Positions 1 to 10,772 are shown, counted from the stretch's first letter. The stretch: 64,000 bases of DNA from a virus (IMGVR_UViG_3300008108_000006); one strand, 5' to 3'. Numbers and translations are program-made. Notes: generated from the sequence alone by a model not told the origin.

Positions 1-1367
1 GATATTGAATTGTTTGCCGCAGTTGCAGTAAATGCCGAATAACTAATATCACCCAAACCTCCTCTCCACAATAAATCACATTTATCGTAGTAAGTATTTC
101 TTTCAAATGTCGCATCAATTAAAACCCAATGTGGGTATTCAATAAATGTGGTTCCCGTACAAGAATCATAAATACCGTTAGTTGAACAATAAGTTGAAAC
201 CGAATATCCACTAGAGTATGTTAATCCTGTATTGAAACAAGAACCTGTCGTAATACAAGATCCTGTGAAATATAAAACTCTAACACAAATATTAGGATTC
301 AATGGATTTCCACTAAACATAATCGCTAATGAATTTGACATAGAGTCGTCTAGTGGATCCTTTATTGGGTTTTGAACGGTTTGTTCAGAAATTTTAGGAC
401 GAGAAAAATAATTTATAATATGTTCTGTGGTAGTTCCTGTTTTTGGATAAACTGTAACACATGTGGAATTAGTGATAGCACTATTATAACAAGCACTTGT
501 ACCTAAATCAGTAAGTCCCAACGTAACGGGTGTATAACCACTAGCAGCACCCGATAGTGTATAATCCGCAGGGTGATAAAACTTATCCTCGGCTCTTGTT
601 CCCATATAAAAGAAAATATTCTTGTTATTTGGGTATATTGTATTTAGGTTGGTTTCACCAGGTCCCGGTTCATATTCGGGAACAACTCTAGGTTTTAACA
701 CCATCTCTACCGTCCATCCTTTATGATACCTTTCGGGAATCACATCATAATCATATCCAAATAATTTATAAAATCCTTGGTAAAAAGAACCATACAAATC
801 ATTATAGTAACCTTCATTAAATCCGTTTTGAGAAACAATACCATAATCAGTTGTTGCGGTAATACCACTAAAATATGATGATAGTGTTGGTACCATAGAT
901 CTTACTTGGAACATCTTAAATCTTCTATCGTATGAATACCTATCAAATTTTTGAGCGTTTGATAACAACCCCTTGGTATATGATATAGAAACCCCTGTAA
1001 GTCCCGACATTAATCCATTATCAGTTCCGGTTAGTCCAATATCAAATAAAGTTTGACTTGAGTAACAACCACCACTTAATGAACTTGCGGGAATATTATC
1101 GGGATTATAATAACTTTTTGAAATTAAAATATTATTTGTATTGTAAGAATAATAATCTAAAGTTAATTGTTGATTACAATCTTCGGAATCTAAATCTATG
1201 TTAATAGGTAACTTATTTCCATCATTAACCCCAATAACATCATTAGAAAACACAACTTCTTCATTGAAATCTTTTTCATCCGATGTTAATGATAGGTCAG
1301 AAATATCCACTGCAGGTCTTAAAAAAACCTTTGGAAATACGTATTGATTTATATTTTGATATGCCAT
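1..1367 (-). CDS. Putative virion/structural protein, partial (runs off the window start; not in the ORF track)
   Basis: ATG at 1367 reads MAYQNINQYVFPKVFLRPAVDISDLSL...; the same frame reads ...GLGDISYSAFTATAANNSI at the window edge (frame spot-checked); Ser/Thr/Gly/Cys-rich; TATTTAT motif 5 nt upstream. Confidence 0.75.
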   Translation of the reverse strand, partial: MAYQNINQYVFPKVFLRPAVDISDLSLTSDEKDFNEEVVFSNDVIGVNDGNKLPINIDLDSEDCNQQLTLDYYSYNTNNILISKSYYNPDNIPASSLSGGCYSSQTLFDIGLTGTDNGLMSGLTGVSISYTKGLLSNAQKFDRYSYDRRFKMFQVRSMVPTLSSYFSGITATTDYGIVSQNGFNEGYYNDLYGSFYQGFYKLFGYDYDVIPERYHKGWTVEMVLKPRVVPEYEPGPGETNLNTIYPNNKNIFFYMGTRAEDKFYHPADYTLSGAASGYTPVTLGLTDLGTSACYNSAITNSTCVTVYPKTGTTTEHIINYFSRPKISEQTVQNPIKDPLDDSMSNSLAIMFSGNPLNPNICVRVLYFTGSCITTGSCFNTGLTYSSGYSVSTYCSTNGIYDSCTGTTFIEYPHWVLIDATFERNTYYDKCDLLWRGGLGDISYSAFTATAANNSI

Positions 1368-1372
1368 TATAG

Positions 1373-1399
1373 ATAAATACCTACTTGATGAGTATTTAT
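1373..1399. promoter_or_regulatory. Back-to-back TATTTAT motifs (putative late promoters) between divergent genes
   Basis: ATAAATA at 1373-1379 (TATTTAT on -) and TATTTAT at 1393-1399 (+); the same motif precedes many structural genes. Confidence 0.6.
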
Positions 1400-1414
1400 A
1401 GTAAAAAAGTGTAA

Positions 1415-2260
1415 ATGAAATCAACCACTTTAAAATTTGAAAATAATAATCTCCTTGTCACTATTATGGAATCTAGTGATGAGATTATCTTGCAGTATAA
1501 TTTTACCGACACGTTAAACGAAACAAAAAGTAAAACTAAATCCGTAAAATTAAAAAAAGACTCCAAGGGGGATATTAAAAAACTCATTAAGAATTTGGGA
1601 ACTAAAAAGTTTTCAAAAGATGATGTTGAGGATGAAGTTCTAAAAATTAAATCCAAGGGTGAGGTTAAAGAACTGATAGATGATGATGGAAGTTTTGCAT
1701 CATCAAGAATTCCAATTATAGATCCTAGATTGGCACCAAAGAAAACTATGGACCAAACTGTTGCAGCAACTCGTCAAACGATGAATCCTATTTTGAGGGG
1801 TTATCGTGTGTATTATGGTGAATCGGTAGTTAGAGAAACAGATATGTCCGACGCTTTTGGATATGAGGAAACTAAAGACATGAATGGTAAAGAAACATTT
1901 AAATATTTCAAAGAGACATTAGGGTTGGATCCTATTGAGGCGGTTGAACGAACTAAACAACAAGGAAAAGATCCTTTTGGAAAAAAGACAAAAAACGCAC
2001 CCAAGAAAATTAGAAAACAAAAAGGTTTTATTGATAGAATGACATTATCCGAAAAGGAATCTTTAGAAGAAATGGAAAAACAACAAATGTTGGATATGTT
2101 AGAAAATTTATTAAAAAACAAGTCCGACGATCGTGATATCTATACAAATCATAAAAGTATTTCTAATAATATTAAAAGTCAGATTAAGAAAATTAAAAAA
2201 CTTGCTGATGAAAATAATATAGACCTAAAAAAATTGATAGATTCTTTTTACGATGAATAA
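1415..2260 (+). CDS. Hypothetical phage protein (Lys/Glu-rich, possible head-internal protein)
   Basis: 281-aa ORF, first gene of an overlapping run. Confidence 0.75.
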   Translation: MKSTTLKFENNNLLVTIMESSDEIILQYNFTDTLNETKSKTKSVKLKKDSKGDIKKLIKNLGTKKFSKDDVEDEVLKIKSKGEVKELIDDDGSFASSRIPIIDPRLAPKKTMDQTVAATRQTMNPILRGYRVYYGESVVRETDMSDAFGYEETKDMNGKETFKYFKETLGLDPIEAVERTKQQGKDPFGKKTKNAPKKIRKQKGFIDRMTLSEKESLEEMEKQQMLDMLENLLKNKSDDRDIYTNHKSISNNIKSQIKKIKKLADENNIDLKKLIDSFYDE

Positions 2261-2711
2261 GAAATTATATGGTAAGGAATTTGAAGTTCCCGGTGAAGTA
2301 GTTGAATACTTGGATAAATGTTTTAATGCGGTAAAATCTAAGGATGAGTCTGTAGAAGGTTATAAGAGAAATCGTGACCTTGTGAAAAACAAAAAAGTAT
2401 CATACTCGGTATTAAAAAGAATAAAGAATTTTTTTGATACCTATCAAGGGAATAAGAAGGACGCACCTTTTGTATTGAATGGTGCAGATTATATGAAGAA
2501 TTGGGTGGATAGTACATTAGAACATAGTAGGAGAAATATAAAATCCGCAGACCAACACAGAAAAGATGCAGGTATGGAAACAGAATATGTTGATAAGTTT
2601 AGCTCACAACAATTCAAACCCCGAGATGTAAAGAAAGATATCACAAACATGGATATACAAGTAACAGAATCTCTTAAAAGAATAAACGAATTAATGAAAA
2701 AAATTCTTTAA
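2253..2711 (+). CDS. Hypothetical phage protein
   Basis: 152-aa ORF overlapping the upstream stop. Confidence 0.75.
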   Translation: MNKKLYGKEFEVPGEVVEYLDKCFNAVKSKDESVEGYKRNRDLVKNKKVSYSVLKRIKNFFDTYQGNKKDAPFVLNGADYMKNWVDSTLEHSRRNIKSADQHRKDAGMETEYVDKFSSQQFKPRDVKKDITNMDIQVTESLKRINELMKKIL

Positions 2712-2712
2712 T

Positions 2713-3006
2713 ATGGCATATGAACCTTTAGATTTCTCACAACCAAATAACGAGTTGTCAAGAATCGCAGAAGAACAAAGAAAAAGATTAATACCAAGAA
2801 ACGATTTCAAACCATTGGTTAATGAATATTCACAAACAAATCCTGACGCTGTTGCGGATGGAGATGACATGGGTAGGGGAACCGGTGCTTACTTGGATGT
2901 TCATAATGAAAATGGTGGAACAATCATTGACATTAATGAAAGAAAAAATGAAATCAAAATTAATAAATATAAAAAAGCTAATCCATACACAATACCATCC
3001 GATTAA
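2713..3006 (+). CDS. Hypothetical phage protein
   Basis: 97-aa ORF tightly packed in the operon. Confidence 0.7.
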   Translation: MAYEPLDFSQPNNELSRIAEEQRKRLIPRNDFKPLVNEYSQTNPDAVADGDDMGRGTGAYLDVHNENGGTIIDINERKNEIKINKYKKANPYTIPSD

Positions 3007-3413
3007 TGAAACTACTTAAGATCTTCAAATCACTAATTACCGAACAGGCTAGTATTGATACAATTACCGATGCTATCAAGAAGAAAAAAGTGCTCATCAT
3101 TTACTATGATGGTGATGAACCCGGAGGACGAGGACTTCGTGAAATAGAACCGGTATGTTACGGATATTCAAAAGCGAATAACCCCGTTTTACGTGCTTGG
3201 GATAGGGAGGGTGCGTCACATAGAGGATATAAGGGTGAAAAACCTTTACCCTCTTGGAGATTTTTTAGGTTAGATAAAATTCAATCAGTCAAACCAACAG
3301 GAGAAAATTTTACAGAAATGAGACCAAATTTTAATCCAAGTGGTGACAAAAGTATGAATCGTGTTATAATTGTTGCTAAGTTCGATAATCCCGTACAAAC
3401 AGCTGAAGTATGA
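3006..3413 (+). CDS. Stand-alone WYL-domain protein
   Basis: AI-x4-V-x-I-x-Y...R-x-IEP...LRAW...WRFFRLDKI pattern typical of WYL domains; no HTH. Confidence 0.8.
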   Translation: MKLLKIFKSLITEQASIDTITDAIKKKKVLIIYYDGDEPGGRGLREIEPVCYGYSKANNPVLRAWDREGASHRGYKGEKPLPSWRFFRLDKIQSVKPTGENFTEMRPNFNPSGDKSMNRVIIVAKFDNPVQTAEV

Positions 3414-3985
3414 ATACAGAAAATGAATTAATTCAAAAACTTATGGTATCAAAAGCCATAATGGACAAACATCAAGGAATCAAACGAGGTAGTGTAGATT
3501 CTTTGGCATTAACAAATAATATCCCAACCGTAGAAGGTTATGAATCGGTAAATGCTTCTTACAACATTCCACAAGAATTAATGTCAGAAGTTCAAATACC
3601 CACACCAACAAAACCATCGGGTCCCGTTACAAAAGAAAAAGTTTTAGGATCAAAACTACCCGATGAAATTAAAAGATTAATGTTAGAACATCCAATCTCA
3701 CAACCACAACAATTTAGCCCAACATTATCCGACGAAGTTGTTGAGAAAGCGTCTAGATTGATGGGTACAAAAAAACCTGTAAATGAAACAGTAACACCAA
3801 AACAACAAACTATTATCAGAGAACAAGAAAATATTGATATAAAAAAGTTAATGGTAGAAACAGTTAAAGAGGTGTTGAAAGAATCAGGATTAATTGGTGG
3901 TCAAAACACAAAAGACACCATAACCATTAAGGTAGGAAACCACATCTTCCAAGGGACCATAAATAAAATTAAAAAAGTTCCTTAA
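3410..3985 (+). CDS. Hypothetical phage protein
   Basis: 191-aa ORF, ATGA overlap, followed by a terminator. Confidence 0.75.
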   Translation: MNTENELIQKLMVSKAIMDKHQGIKRGSVDSLALTNNIPTVEGYESVNASYNIPQELMSEVQIPTPTKPSGPVTKEKVLGSKLPDEIKRLMLEHPISQPQQFSPTLSDEVVEKASRLMGTKKPVNETVTPKQQTIIREQENIDIKKLMVETVKEVLKESGLIGGQNTKDTITIKVGNHIFQGTINKIKKVP

Positions 3986-3988
3986 CAT

Positions 3989-4014
3989 AAACCCCGAAAT
4001 ATCGGGGTTTTTTT
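3989..4014 (+). terminator. Intrinsic terminator
   Basis: AAACCCCGA-AATA-TCGGGGTTT hairpin followed by a T-run. Confidence 0.85.
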
Positions 4015-4062
4015 ATTTTACTAATCACCATTTTTTTGTTATACTTTATAAAATTATTTTTT

Positions 4063-5280
4063 ATGAGTAAATCAAAAATTAAAGTATTAGTGATCCCATC
4101 AGATCGAACAGGTGTTGGTAAATTTCGTTCGGTAGATCCACACGTTTTCTTACAAAACCTATACCCTGAAGACTTCCACGTAGATATTGACTACAATCCA
4201 AACATGCAAGATATCCCATTTTGGATGAATTATCAAATAGTTCATATACACAGAGTTATCGCAGGAAAATACGAAGAAACTGAAAATTTTATAAGAATAT
4301 TAAAAACATTAGGGATAATTACTATTGTTGATATTGATGATTATTGGTTACCAACAAGAGAACATCCTATACATGATATTATTCGTGTAAATAAAATTCA
4401 CGAAAAAATTATCTCTATCTTAAAAGTGGCTGATTGGGTTACAACCACCACAACATTTTTTGTTGAGGAAATTAAAAAATACAACAAAAATGTAACAATT
4501 TTTCCAAACGCAATTAATCCAAAAGAACCGCAATTTAATGAACCTACAAAACCTTATGATAAGTTAAGAATTGGATGGTTGGGTGGTTCATCACACTTAC
4601 ATGACTTAATGTTCTTGGGGGATTGTTTTAATAAAGTAAATCCGATAAAGGACAAAATGCAAGTTTATATTTGTGGGTTTGATACTCGTGGAACCATGAC
4701 AGAAATTAATGAACAAACCGGAGAACAAAAACAAAGACCGATTAAACCCGAAGAAACTGTTTGGTTTGAATATGAAAAAATATTCACAAGTAACTATTCC
4801 TTAATTTCTGAAGATTATAGAAAAGAACTAATGAAGTTCAAACCCGAACTTATTGGTAATTTTTCCGATGAATACTATCAAAGAGTTTGGACCAAACCTG
4901 TTACGTCATACGCAAAAAATTATTCTAAATTTGATGTTTCTTTAGCACCAATTAAAGATCATATTTTTAATAGGGTTAAATCACAACTTAAAGTAATTGA
5001 AGCAGGGTTCTATAAGAAAGCTATTATTGCTTCAAATGTTGGACCATATACCATAGACTTGAAACATTGCTTGGAAAATGGTAACATTGTAGATGGGAAC
5101 GCACTTTTGGTTGATGAACACCGAAACCATAGTGATTGGTTTAAATATGTTAAGAAATTAGTTGAAAACCCTAATATGGCATTTGATATGGGTCAAAGAT
5201 TGTATGAAACGGTTAAGGACACTTATGATTTGAATCAAGTAACCAAAACAAGAGCAGAATGGTATAAAACTTTAGTATAA
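4063..5280 (+). CDS. Glycosyltransferase, GT-B fold (GT4-like)
   Basis: DIDDYW, IGWLGG-x2-H, DVSLAP...FN-x2-KS-x-LK-x2-E, IIASNVGPY; ATG at 4063 preferred over TTG at 4036. Confidence 0.85.
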   Translation: MSKSKIKVLVIPSDRTGVGKFRSVDPHVFLQNLYPEDFHVDIDYNPNMQDIPFWMNYQIVHIHRVIAGKYEETENFIRILKTLGIITIVDIDDYWLPTREHPIHDIIRVNKIHEKIISILKVADWVTTTTTFFVEEIKKYNKNVTIFPNAINPKEPQFNEPTKPYDKLRIGWLGGSSHLHDLMFLGDCFNKVNPIKDKMQVYICGFDTRGTMTEINEQTGEQKQRPIKPEETVWFEYEKIFTSNYSLISEDYRKELMKFKPELIGNFSDEYYQRVWTKPVTSYAKNYSKFDVSLAPIKDHIFNRVKSQLKVIEAGFYKKAIIASNVGPYTIDLKHCLENGNIVDGNALLVDEHRNHSDWFKYVKKLVENPNMAFDMGQRLYETVKDTYDLNQVTKTRAEWYKTLV

Positions 5281-5978
5281 TGATAAACGCACCTCTAACA
5301 AAACTGTTGTTCCTTGACATTGAAACTGTCGGGACTGAAAAGGATTTTTTCCATTTCACAAAAAATTACCCAAGAATTTCCGAGTTCTTTATTAAGAACC
5401 GATCTTGGTTAGATAAAAGATATCCTGAACATCAGGATTCAACCATTGAAGAACTCTATCTAAGTGTATCAGCACTCATTCCTGAATTTGGAAAAATTGT
5501 TTGTGTTGCTGCGGGATTTGAAGATGGTAAAGGTAATTTTGTAACAAAAGTAATTAGTGGTGAAGAAAAACACATTTTAACCGAAACTCATTCCTTACTT
5601 AACAAAGTTCAAGGAATGGGTTTTTGGATTTGTGGTCATAATGTAAAATCATTTGATATTCCATATATCATTAAGAGAAGTTTGATGAATGGAATCAAAC
5701 CATCATCATTACTACCAACACCTGACACCAAACCTTGGGAAGTAAAAGCGGTAGATACAAAAGAATTTTGGCAGTTGGGTAATTATACCTCACTATGTTC
5801 ATTAGATTTAATGTGTGCATCTATGGATGTTGAATCTTCTAAGGATGGTGAAGTAACGGGTAATAACTTACATTTTTCGTATTGGAATACGGACAGTCAA
5901 GAAAAAATAAACGAATACTGCGAAAAAGACATCAAAGTATTGTATCAAGTTGTAAAGAAATTTTATGAGCTTAAATGA
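5280..5978 (+). CDS. DEDDy 3'-5' exonuclease (PolB-exo-like, stand-alone)
   Basis: ExoI LFLDIET, ExoII GHNVKSFD, ExoIII YCEKD. Confidence 0.85.
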   Translation: MINAPLTKLLFLDIETVGTEKDFFHFTKNYPRISEFFIKNRSWLDKRYPEHQDSTIEELYLSVSALIPEFGKIVCVAAGFEDGKGNFVTKVISGEEKHILTETHSLLNKVQGMGFWICGHNVKSFDIPYIIKRSLMNGIKPSSLLPTPDTKPWEVKAVDTKEFWQLGNYTSLCSLDLMCASMDVESSKDGEVTGNNLHFSYWNTDSQEKINEYCEKDIKVLYQVVKKFYELK

Positions 5979-6606
5979 GAATGAAAACTTCCAAGATGAT
6001 TTTAACTTGGAAAATGATGAAGAATTTATACAAATCCAACAAGAACTTGCGAATCTTTTGGAAAAATTACAGAATGGGGAATCTTTAGAATTTTTACCAG
6101 GTGAAGACCCATTTAATTTAATCAGTTCATTGGAACCTTCGGATATGGATACCATTCCATTAGGTTATGAATTTTTGATTAATGATGAAGTACTAAAAAA
6201 CCAAATTACTCCTATGTATAACTATGAGAGTGATTCAGGTTTTGATTTATTTAATGCAGGTCCTCACATAACTATAGAACCTCTCGGAAGAACCTTAGTA
6301 CCCACAGGTATTAGATTAAATATTCCAATAAATTGTGAAATTCAAATAAGACCAAAAAGTGGTTTGGCTTTAAAACAAGGACTTACTGTATTAAATACAC
6401 CGGGAACTGTTGATCAGGGATATACTGGTGAAATACAAGTGATTATATTTAATACCACAAACCAACAAGTATCAATACCAACCGGTATGAAAATTGCTCA
6501 AGCGGTTCTATGTCCTGTTTTTCAGGGTAAGAGTGTTAGTTTACTTGAGCGAAATGTTAGTGAGGGTGAAAGATCCGATAATGGTTTCGGGAGCACAGGA
6601 ATATGA
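5965..6606 (+). CDS. dut: dUTPase (trimeric) with acidic N-terminal extension
   Basis: Motifs SGFDL, IRPKSGLA, GTVDQGYTGE, IAQAV, R-x-x-x-GFGSTG. Confidence 0.95.
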   Translation: MSLNENENFQDDFNLENDEEFIQIQQELANLLEKLQNGESLEFLPGEDPFNLISSLEPSDMDTIPLGYEFLINDEVLKNQITPMYNYESDSGFDLFNAGPHITIEPLGRTLVPTGIRLNIPINCEIQIRPKSGLALKQGLTVLNTPGTVDQGYTGEIQVIIFNTTNQQVSIPTGMKIAQAVLCPVFQGKSVSLLERNVSEGERSDNGFGSTGI

Positions 6607-7811
6607 TTACAATAGGATATAGTACAAGAAGTCATAAACCTGAGTTTATTGAATACTTAAAAAGTGCTGCTGGTCACCCAAAGGTACAAATCATTGAGAA
6701 AGTGAATAATGGTGAAAAATCACTAAACCAAGTTTATAATGAGATTATTGAAGAATCGGAATTTGAGATTGTTGTGTTATGTCACGACGATATTTATTTT
6801 GATTCTAAAAATTTGGTAAAAAAGATTCAAAAACATTTTGATAAAACAGATTTTGGTATTTTAGGTGTTGCGGGAACAACTCAATTACCTAAATCCGGTA
6901 TGTGGTGGGAAAACCGAAAAAAAATGTGTGGTATTGTTAATCACGAACACAATGGTAATAAATGGGAAAGTAGGTATTGTGACGACATTAATAATCAAAT
7001 TAAATCGGTATGCTTAATAGATGGTTTATTTATTGCATTACATAAAAGTAGAATTAAAGAAAAATTTAATTCGGAATTAGAAGGGTTTCACTTTTATGAT
7101 GTTTATTTTAGTTTCAGAAATTTTCAAAAGGGGGTTAAAATAGGTGTTATATTTGACGTAAGGATTACACATCTTTCCATTGGAATGACTAATGAAAGTT
7201 GGGAATTAAATAGGAAAAAATTTGTGGAAGAATATCAAACATTATTACCCGTGAGTTCAAAACCACACGACGATGAAAAACTTAAAATAATGATCCCTTT
7301 TACTAGTCAAAAAACTAACAAAGAAAAAGATGATTTTATCGAATCTTTATGTGACTCTTTAAGAAAGTTTGGACATGATGTTTCAGTTGTTACTGAACAA
7401 GGAACAAGAATGTCATTAATAATTAAGAATAAAGGTTTCAAATTATATCCAATAACCGAACCACCAGGATTTAAATTGGGTGATGGTAAATTTTCAGTCC
7501 AAACTAATGAAGGAATGGTATTATCTAAAATTAATGAACTATACCCTATTAAAGAAGTTACTTACGATTTTATTTTATGTGTAGATACAATGATTTGTAA
7601 ATATATTAATTTGATTTACAATCAAATTGATAAAATTCAGTTAATAACAAATTTTAATAAAAATGAAAATAAATTTGAGAATAATATATCAAATAAACTT
7701 ATTGTATCTGATAACGATATTAAAGATCACTTAATAGAAGTTTATGAGATTGAAAACAAAATAACTGTTGGTGATATAATAAACGATTATAAGTTAATTT
7801 ACAATGATTAA
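6603..7811 (+). CDS. GT2-like glycosyltransferase with a partial second domain
   Basis: YN...VLCHDDI, GILGVAG, IDGLFIA, GFHFYD. Confidence 0.8.
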   Translation: MITIGYSTRSHKPEFIEYLKSAAGHPKVQIIEKVNNGEKSLNQVYNEIIEESEFEIVVLCHDDIYFDSKNLVKKIQKHFDKTDFGILGVAGTTQLPKSGMWWENRKKMCGIVNHEHNGNKWESRYCDDINNQIKSVCLIDGLFIALHKSRIKEKFNSELEGFHFYDVYFSFRNFQKGVKIGVIFDVRITHLSIGMTNESWELNRKKFVEEYQTLLPVSSKPHDDEKLKIMIPFTSQKTNKEKDDFIESLCDSLRKFGHDVSVVTEQGTRMSLIIKNKGFKLYPITEPPGFKLGDGKFSVQTNEGMVLSKINELYPIKEVTYDFILCVDTMICKYINLIYNQIDKIQLITNFNKNENKFENNISNKLIVSDNDIKDHLIEVYEIENKITVGDIINDYKLIYND

Positions 7812-8586
7812 AATTTTAACTGGTTGGTCTAATGAAGGTGGTTCTACAACCGCATTTATAAATCTAACTAACGCATTTAATGAAAGAGGTATTGATTGTA
7901 TTCTTTATGGTCCTCATGAATGGCATTTGAACAAATGTAGGTCAGATCTTAGTAAAAATTTTAAGATGGATGTTAATGATAATGTTATTTTTCATTTTGT
8001 ATCAATAGAAAACCGACCTAACGTTAAAAAAGTAATACTATCTTGTCACGAAACAAATGTTTTTGAAGTTTCAAAAGTTAAAAGATTTTGGGATGAAGTA
8101 GTATTTGTAACAAAAGACCAAAGATCTTATCACAAAGATTATAATGGTCCTTTTAGAATTATTCCAAATATAATTGAAGATATAAAGGTAAATAAAAAAG
8201 AAAATTTAGATAAAATTGCAGCAGTGATAGGATCCATTGATCAAAATAAACAAACACACGTTTCAATTTTTAGAGCACTTAAAGACCAATGTGAAAAAAT
8301 ATTATTATTTGGTAAAATAACCGATAATGAGTACTTCAACACACAGATTAAACCACTGCTAAGTGACAGAGTCCAATATATGGGGTTTGTTGAAAATAAA
8401 AGTGATATTTACGATAATGTAGGTAGGGTCTATCTTTCCTCAAAAAAAGAAGTTGCACCATTAGTGAGAGATGAATGTTTAACGACAGATACTAAGTTTT
8501 TCGGTAATGATATGACTAATGGTAACCATTATGATTTCACTAATGATGATATCATAGAATTATGGTGTAATATATTCAATATTTGA
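7804..8586 (+). CDS. Putative GT-B glycosyltransferase
   Basis: N-terminal GG-STTA, IGSIDQNK, YLSSKKE-x-APLV-x2-E resemble GT4 motifs. Confidence 0.65.
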   Translation: MIKILTGWSNEGGSTTAFINLTNAFNERGIDCILYGPHEWHLNKCRSDLSKNFKMDVNDNVIFHFVSIENRPNVKKVILSCHETNVFEVSKVKRFWDEVVFVTKDQRSYHKDYNGPFRIIPNIIEDIKVNKKENLDKIAAVIGSIDQNKQTHVSIFRALKDQCEKILLFGKITDNEYFNTQIKPLLSDRVQYMGFVENKSDIYDNVGRVYLSSKKEVAPLVRDECLTTDTKFFGNDMTNGNHYDFTNDDIIELWCNIFNI

Positions 8587-8587
8587 C

Positions 8588-9265
8588 ATGGTTATAGGTA
8601 ATGGGTTAATCAGGTGTATTTTTTCATCTTTTACAAAAAATGATGAAATAATTATTTTTGCTTCCGGGGTTTCTAACTCGAAAGAATCTAACAAGAATGA
8701 ATTTGATAGAGAAGAAAAATTATTAAAAACAACTATTTCAGAAAATCCTGAAAAAAAAATAATTTATTTTAGTACTGTTTTTATTGAAAATGTTAAAAAC
8801 ATGTATTATGAACATAAAAAAAATATTGAAGAATATATAAAAAATAATTGTGAAAATTATTTGATAATAAGATTACCTCAAGTTGTCGGTTATCTTGGTA
8901 ATAACAACAACCTTTTTAATTTCTTAAAGCAAAAGATAAAAAACTGTGAGGTTTTGAATATTGATTCACTTGCCATTAGATCATTAATAGACATTGACGA
9001 CGTATATAAAATAACCAAAACATTAATAACTGAAGAGTCTAACCAAATCATTAATATAAAAGGAATTGAGGATATCTATGTTTCAGAAATTGTTGATGAA
9101 ATGTATAATATTTTAGGCGGTGAAAAAAAAGTCATATATTACAAGGGAGATAATAAAACTATCATCCTCAATAATTCCGAATTGATTGACAAAATAATAA
9201 ATAACCTGTATATTAATAAAACAGGATATACTAAAAATTTAATAAAAAAATATTGTTTAATATGA
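8588..9265 (+). CDS. NAD-dependent epimerase/dehydratase-like protein
   Basis: IGNGLI, FASGVSNS, YFST, YxxxK (YYEHK), IIRLPQVVG. Confidence 0.75.
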   Translation: MVIGNGLIRCIFSSFTKNDEIIIFASGVSNSKESNKNEFDREEKLLKTTISENPEKKIIYFSTVFIENVKNMYYEHKKNIEEYIKNNCENYLIIRLPQVVGYLGNNNNLFNFLKQKIKNCEVLNIDSLAIRSLIDIDDVYKITKTLITEESNQIINIKGIEDIYVSEIVDEMYNILGGEKKVIYYKGDNKTIILNNSELIDKIINNLYINKTGYTKNLIKKYCLI

Positions 9266-9984
9266 TAGTTTTAACGGGATTTTACAATGCTGAAAAATAT
9301 GTTCAGAGATCAATTTTATCAATAATGACTCAAACATATAAAGACTTTACTTGCTATATCACTTCTGATAGATCAACGGATAATTCAATAAATTTAATTA
9401 GACAATTAATTAAAAATGATCCAAGATTTATTATTGTTGAAGACTCCGATATTAAGTTATACCAAACCGGAAATTTTGACAAGGTAATACGAAATAATCC
9501 AAACATTAAAGATGATGATGTATTAGTTGAGGTAGATGGTGACGATTGGTTACCTGATTCATATGTGTTTGAAAGAATAAATAAACTTTACGAAGATAAA
9601 GATGTTTGGATTGCAAATGGTAGTTTTAAATATTCTTCGGGTCAACCAGGGTTTTCAAGTCCTCAAAAAAATTTTGATAACCTAAGAAATTCCGTGTTTA
9701 CAGCATCACACATACGAACATGGAGAGCATTTTTATGGAGAAATATTAAAGAAGAGGATCTTAGAGATGAGGATGGAAATTATTGGCAATGGAGTGGTGA
9801 TTTGTGTTTTATGTTTCCTATGTTAGAAATGGCGGGAGAATCCCACTATAGATTTATGAATGAAGTAAATTACGTTTATAACGCGGAAAACCCAATTAAT
9901 GAACACAAAGTAGATATTGAGATGGTAAATGATCACGCTAAAAGAATTAGATCTAAAGAAAAATACGAAAGGTTGGTAAGGTGA
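9262..9984 (+). CDS. GT2 glycosyltransferase
   Basis: YNAEKY...SI-x-TQ, D-x-STDNS, VDGDDW; ATGA overlap. Confidence 0.85.
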   Translation: MIVLTGFYNAEKYVQRSILSIMTQTYKDFTCYITSDRSTDNSINLIRQLIKNDPRFIIVEDSDIKLYQTGNFDKVIRNNPNIKDDDVLVEVDGDDWLPDSYVFERINKLYEDKDVWIANGSFKYSSGQPGFSSPQKNFDNLRNSVFTASHIRTWRAFLWRNIKEEDLRDEDGNYWQWSGDLCFMFPMLEMAGESHYRFMNEVNYVYNAENPINEHKVDIEMVNDHAKRIRSKEKYERLVR

Positions 9985-10772
9985 TTAGTTGTCGTCTACA
10001 AGGAGGGTTAGGTAATCAGATGTTTCAAATTGCAACAACCTATTCTATGGCGTTAGATAATAACGATACTTGTTGTTTTGATTTTGACGCGTGTTACACT
10101 CCTAATCAGGGAGAAACCGCCACCAAATACAAAGAGGTTTTTTTTAAAAATGTTACCGACCAAAAAGGGTTTAATTATCAAAAGTATTATACAGAAACAG
10201 GTTTTATTTATCGAGATATAGAATATGATAATAATTTATTATTAAATGGTTCTTTTCAATCTCATAAATACTTTCATCATAATTTTGAAAAAATAATCGA
10301 AATAATAACAATCCCTGATTCATATAAAAATAAAGTTTATGATGTTTTTGGGGATTTATTAATGTCAGATAAACCTTTAGTCTCTGTTCATATTAGGAGA
10401 GGTGATTACTTAAGTAAGCCAGATTATCATTACAATCTACCTAAAGAATACTATAACCGATCAATTGAGAATCTAAAAGATTGTAATTTTATTTTTATAT
10501 CTGATGATATGAATTGGGTTAAAGAAAATTTTAATGGTAATAATTTTTTCTTTTCTGAAAGTCAGGATGAAATTTTTGATTTTACTCTAATGTATTTGTG
10601 TAAAACAAATATAATTGCAAATAGTTCTTTTTCTTGGTGGGCAGCATACTTAAATCACAAAAACAAAAATATAATAACACCCAATAAATGGTTAGGTGTT
10701 AATGCACCCGAATATAAGTTAGATGATTTATATTTGAGTGATTGGACAATAATTAATTTACAAGACTTATGA
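9981..10772 (+). CDS. GT11 alpha-1,2-fucosyltransferase-like
   Basis: GGLGNQMFQ, VHIRRGDY, FISDD, IIANSSFSWWAAYL. Confidence 0.92.
   Translation: MISCRLQGGLGNQMFQIATTYSMALDNNDTCCFDFDACYTPNQGETATKYKEVFFKNVTDQKGFNYQKYYTETGFIYRDIEYDNNLLLNGSFQSHKYFHHNFEKIIEIITIPDSYKNKVYDVFGDLLMSDKPLVSVHIRRGDYLSKPDYHYNLPKEYYNRSIENLKDCNFIFISDDMNWVKENFNGNNFFFSESQDEIFDFTLMYLCKTNIIANSSFSWWAAYLNHKNKNIITPNKWLGVNAPEYKLDDLYLSDWTIINLQDL

Noticed and set aside
7300-7811. Possible fourth deletion truncating the second domain of the 402-aa GT
   Set aside because: The domain looks short, but there is no frame break or clearly missing motif I can demonstrate without alignments
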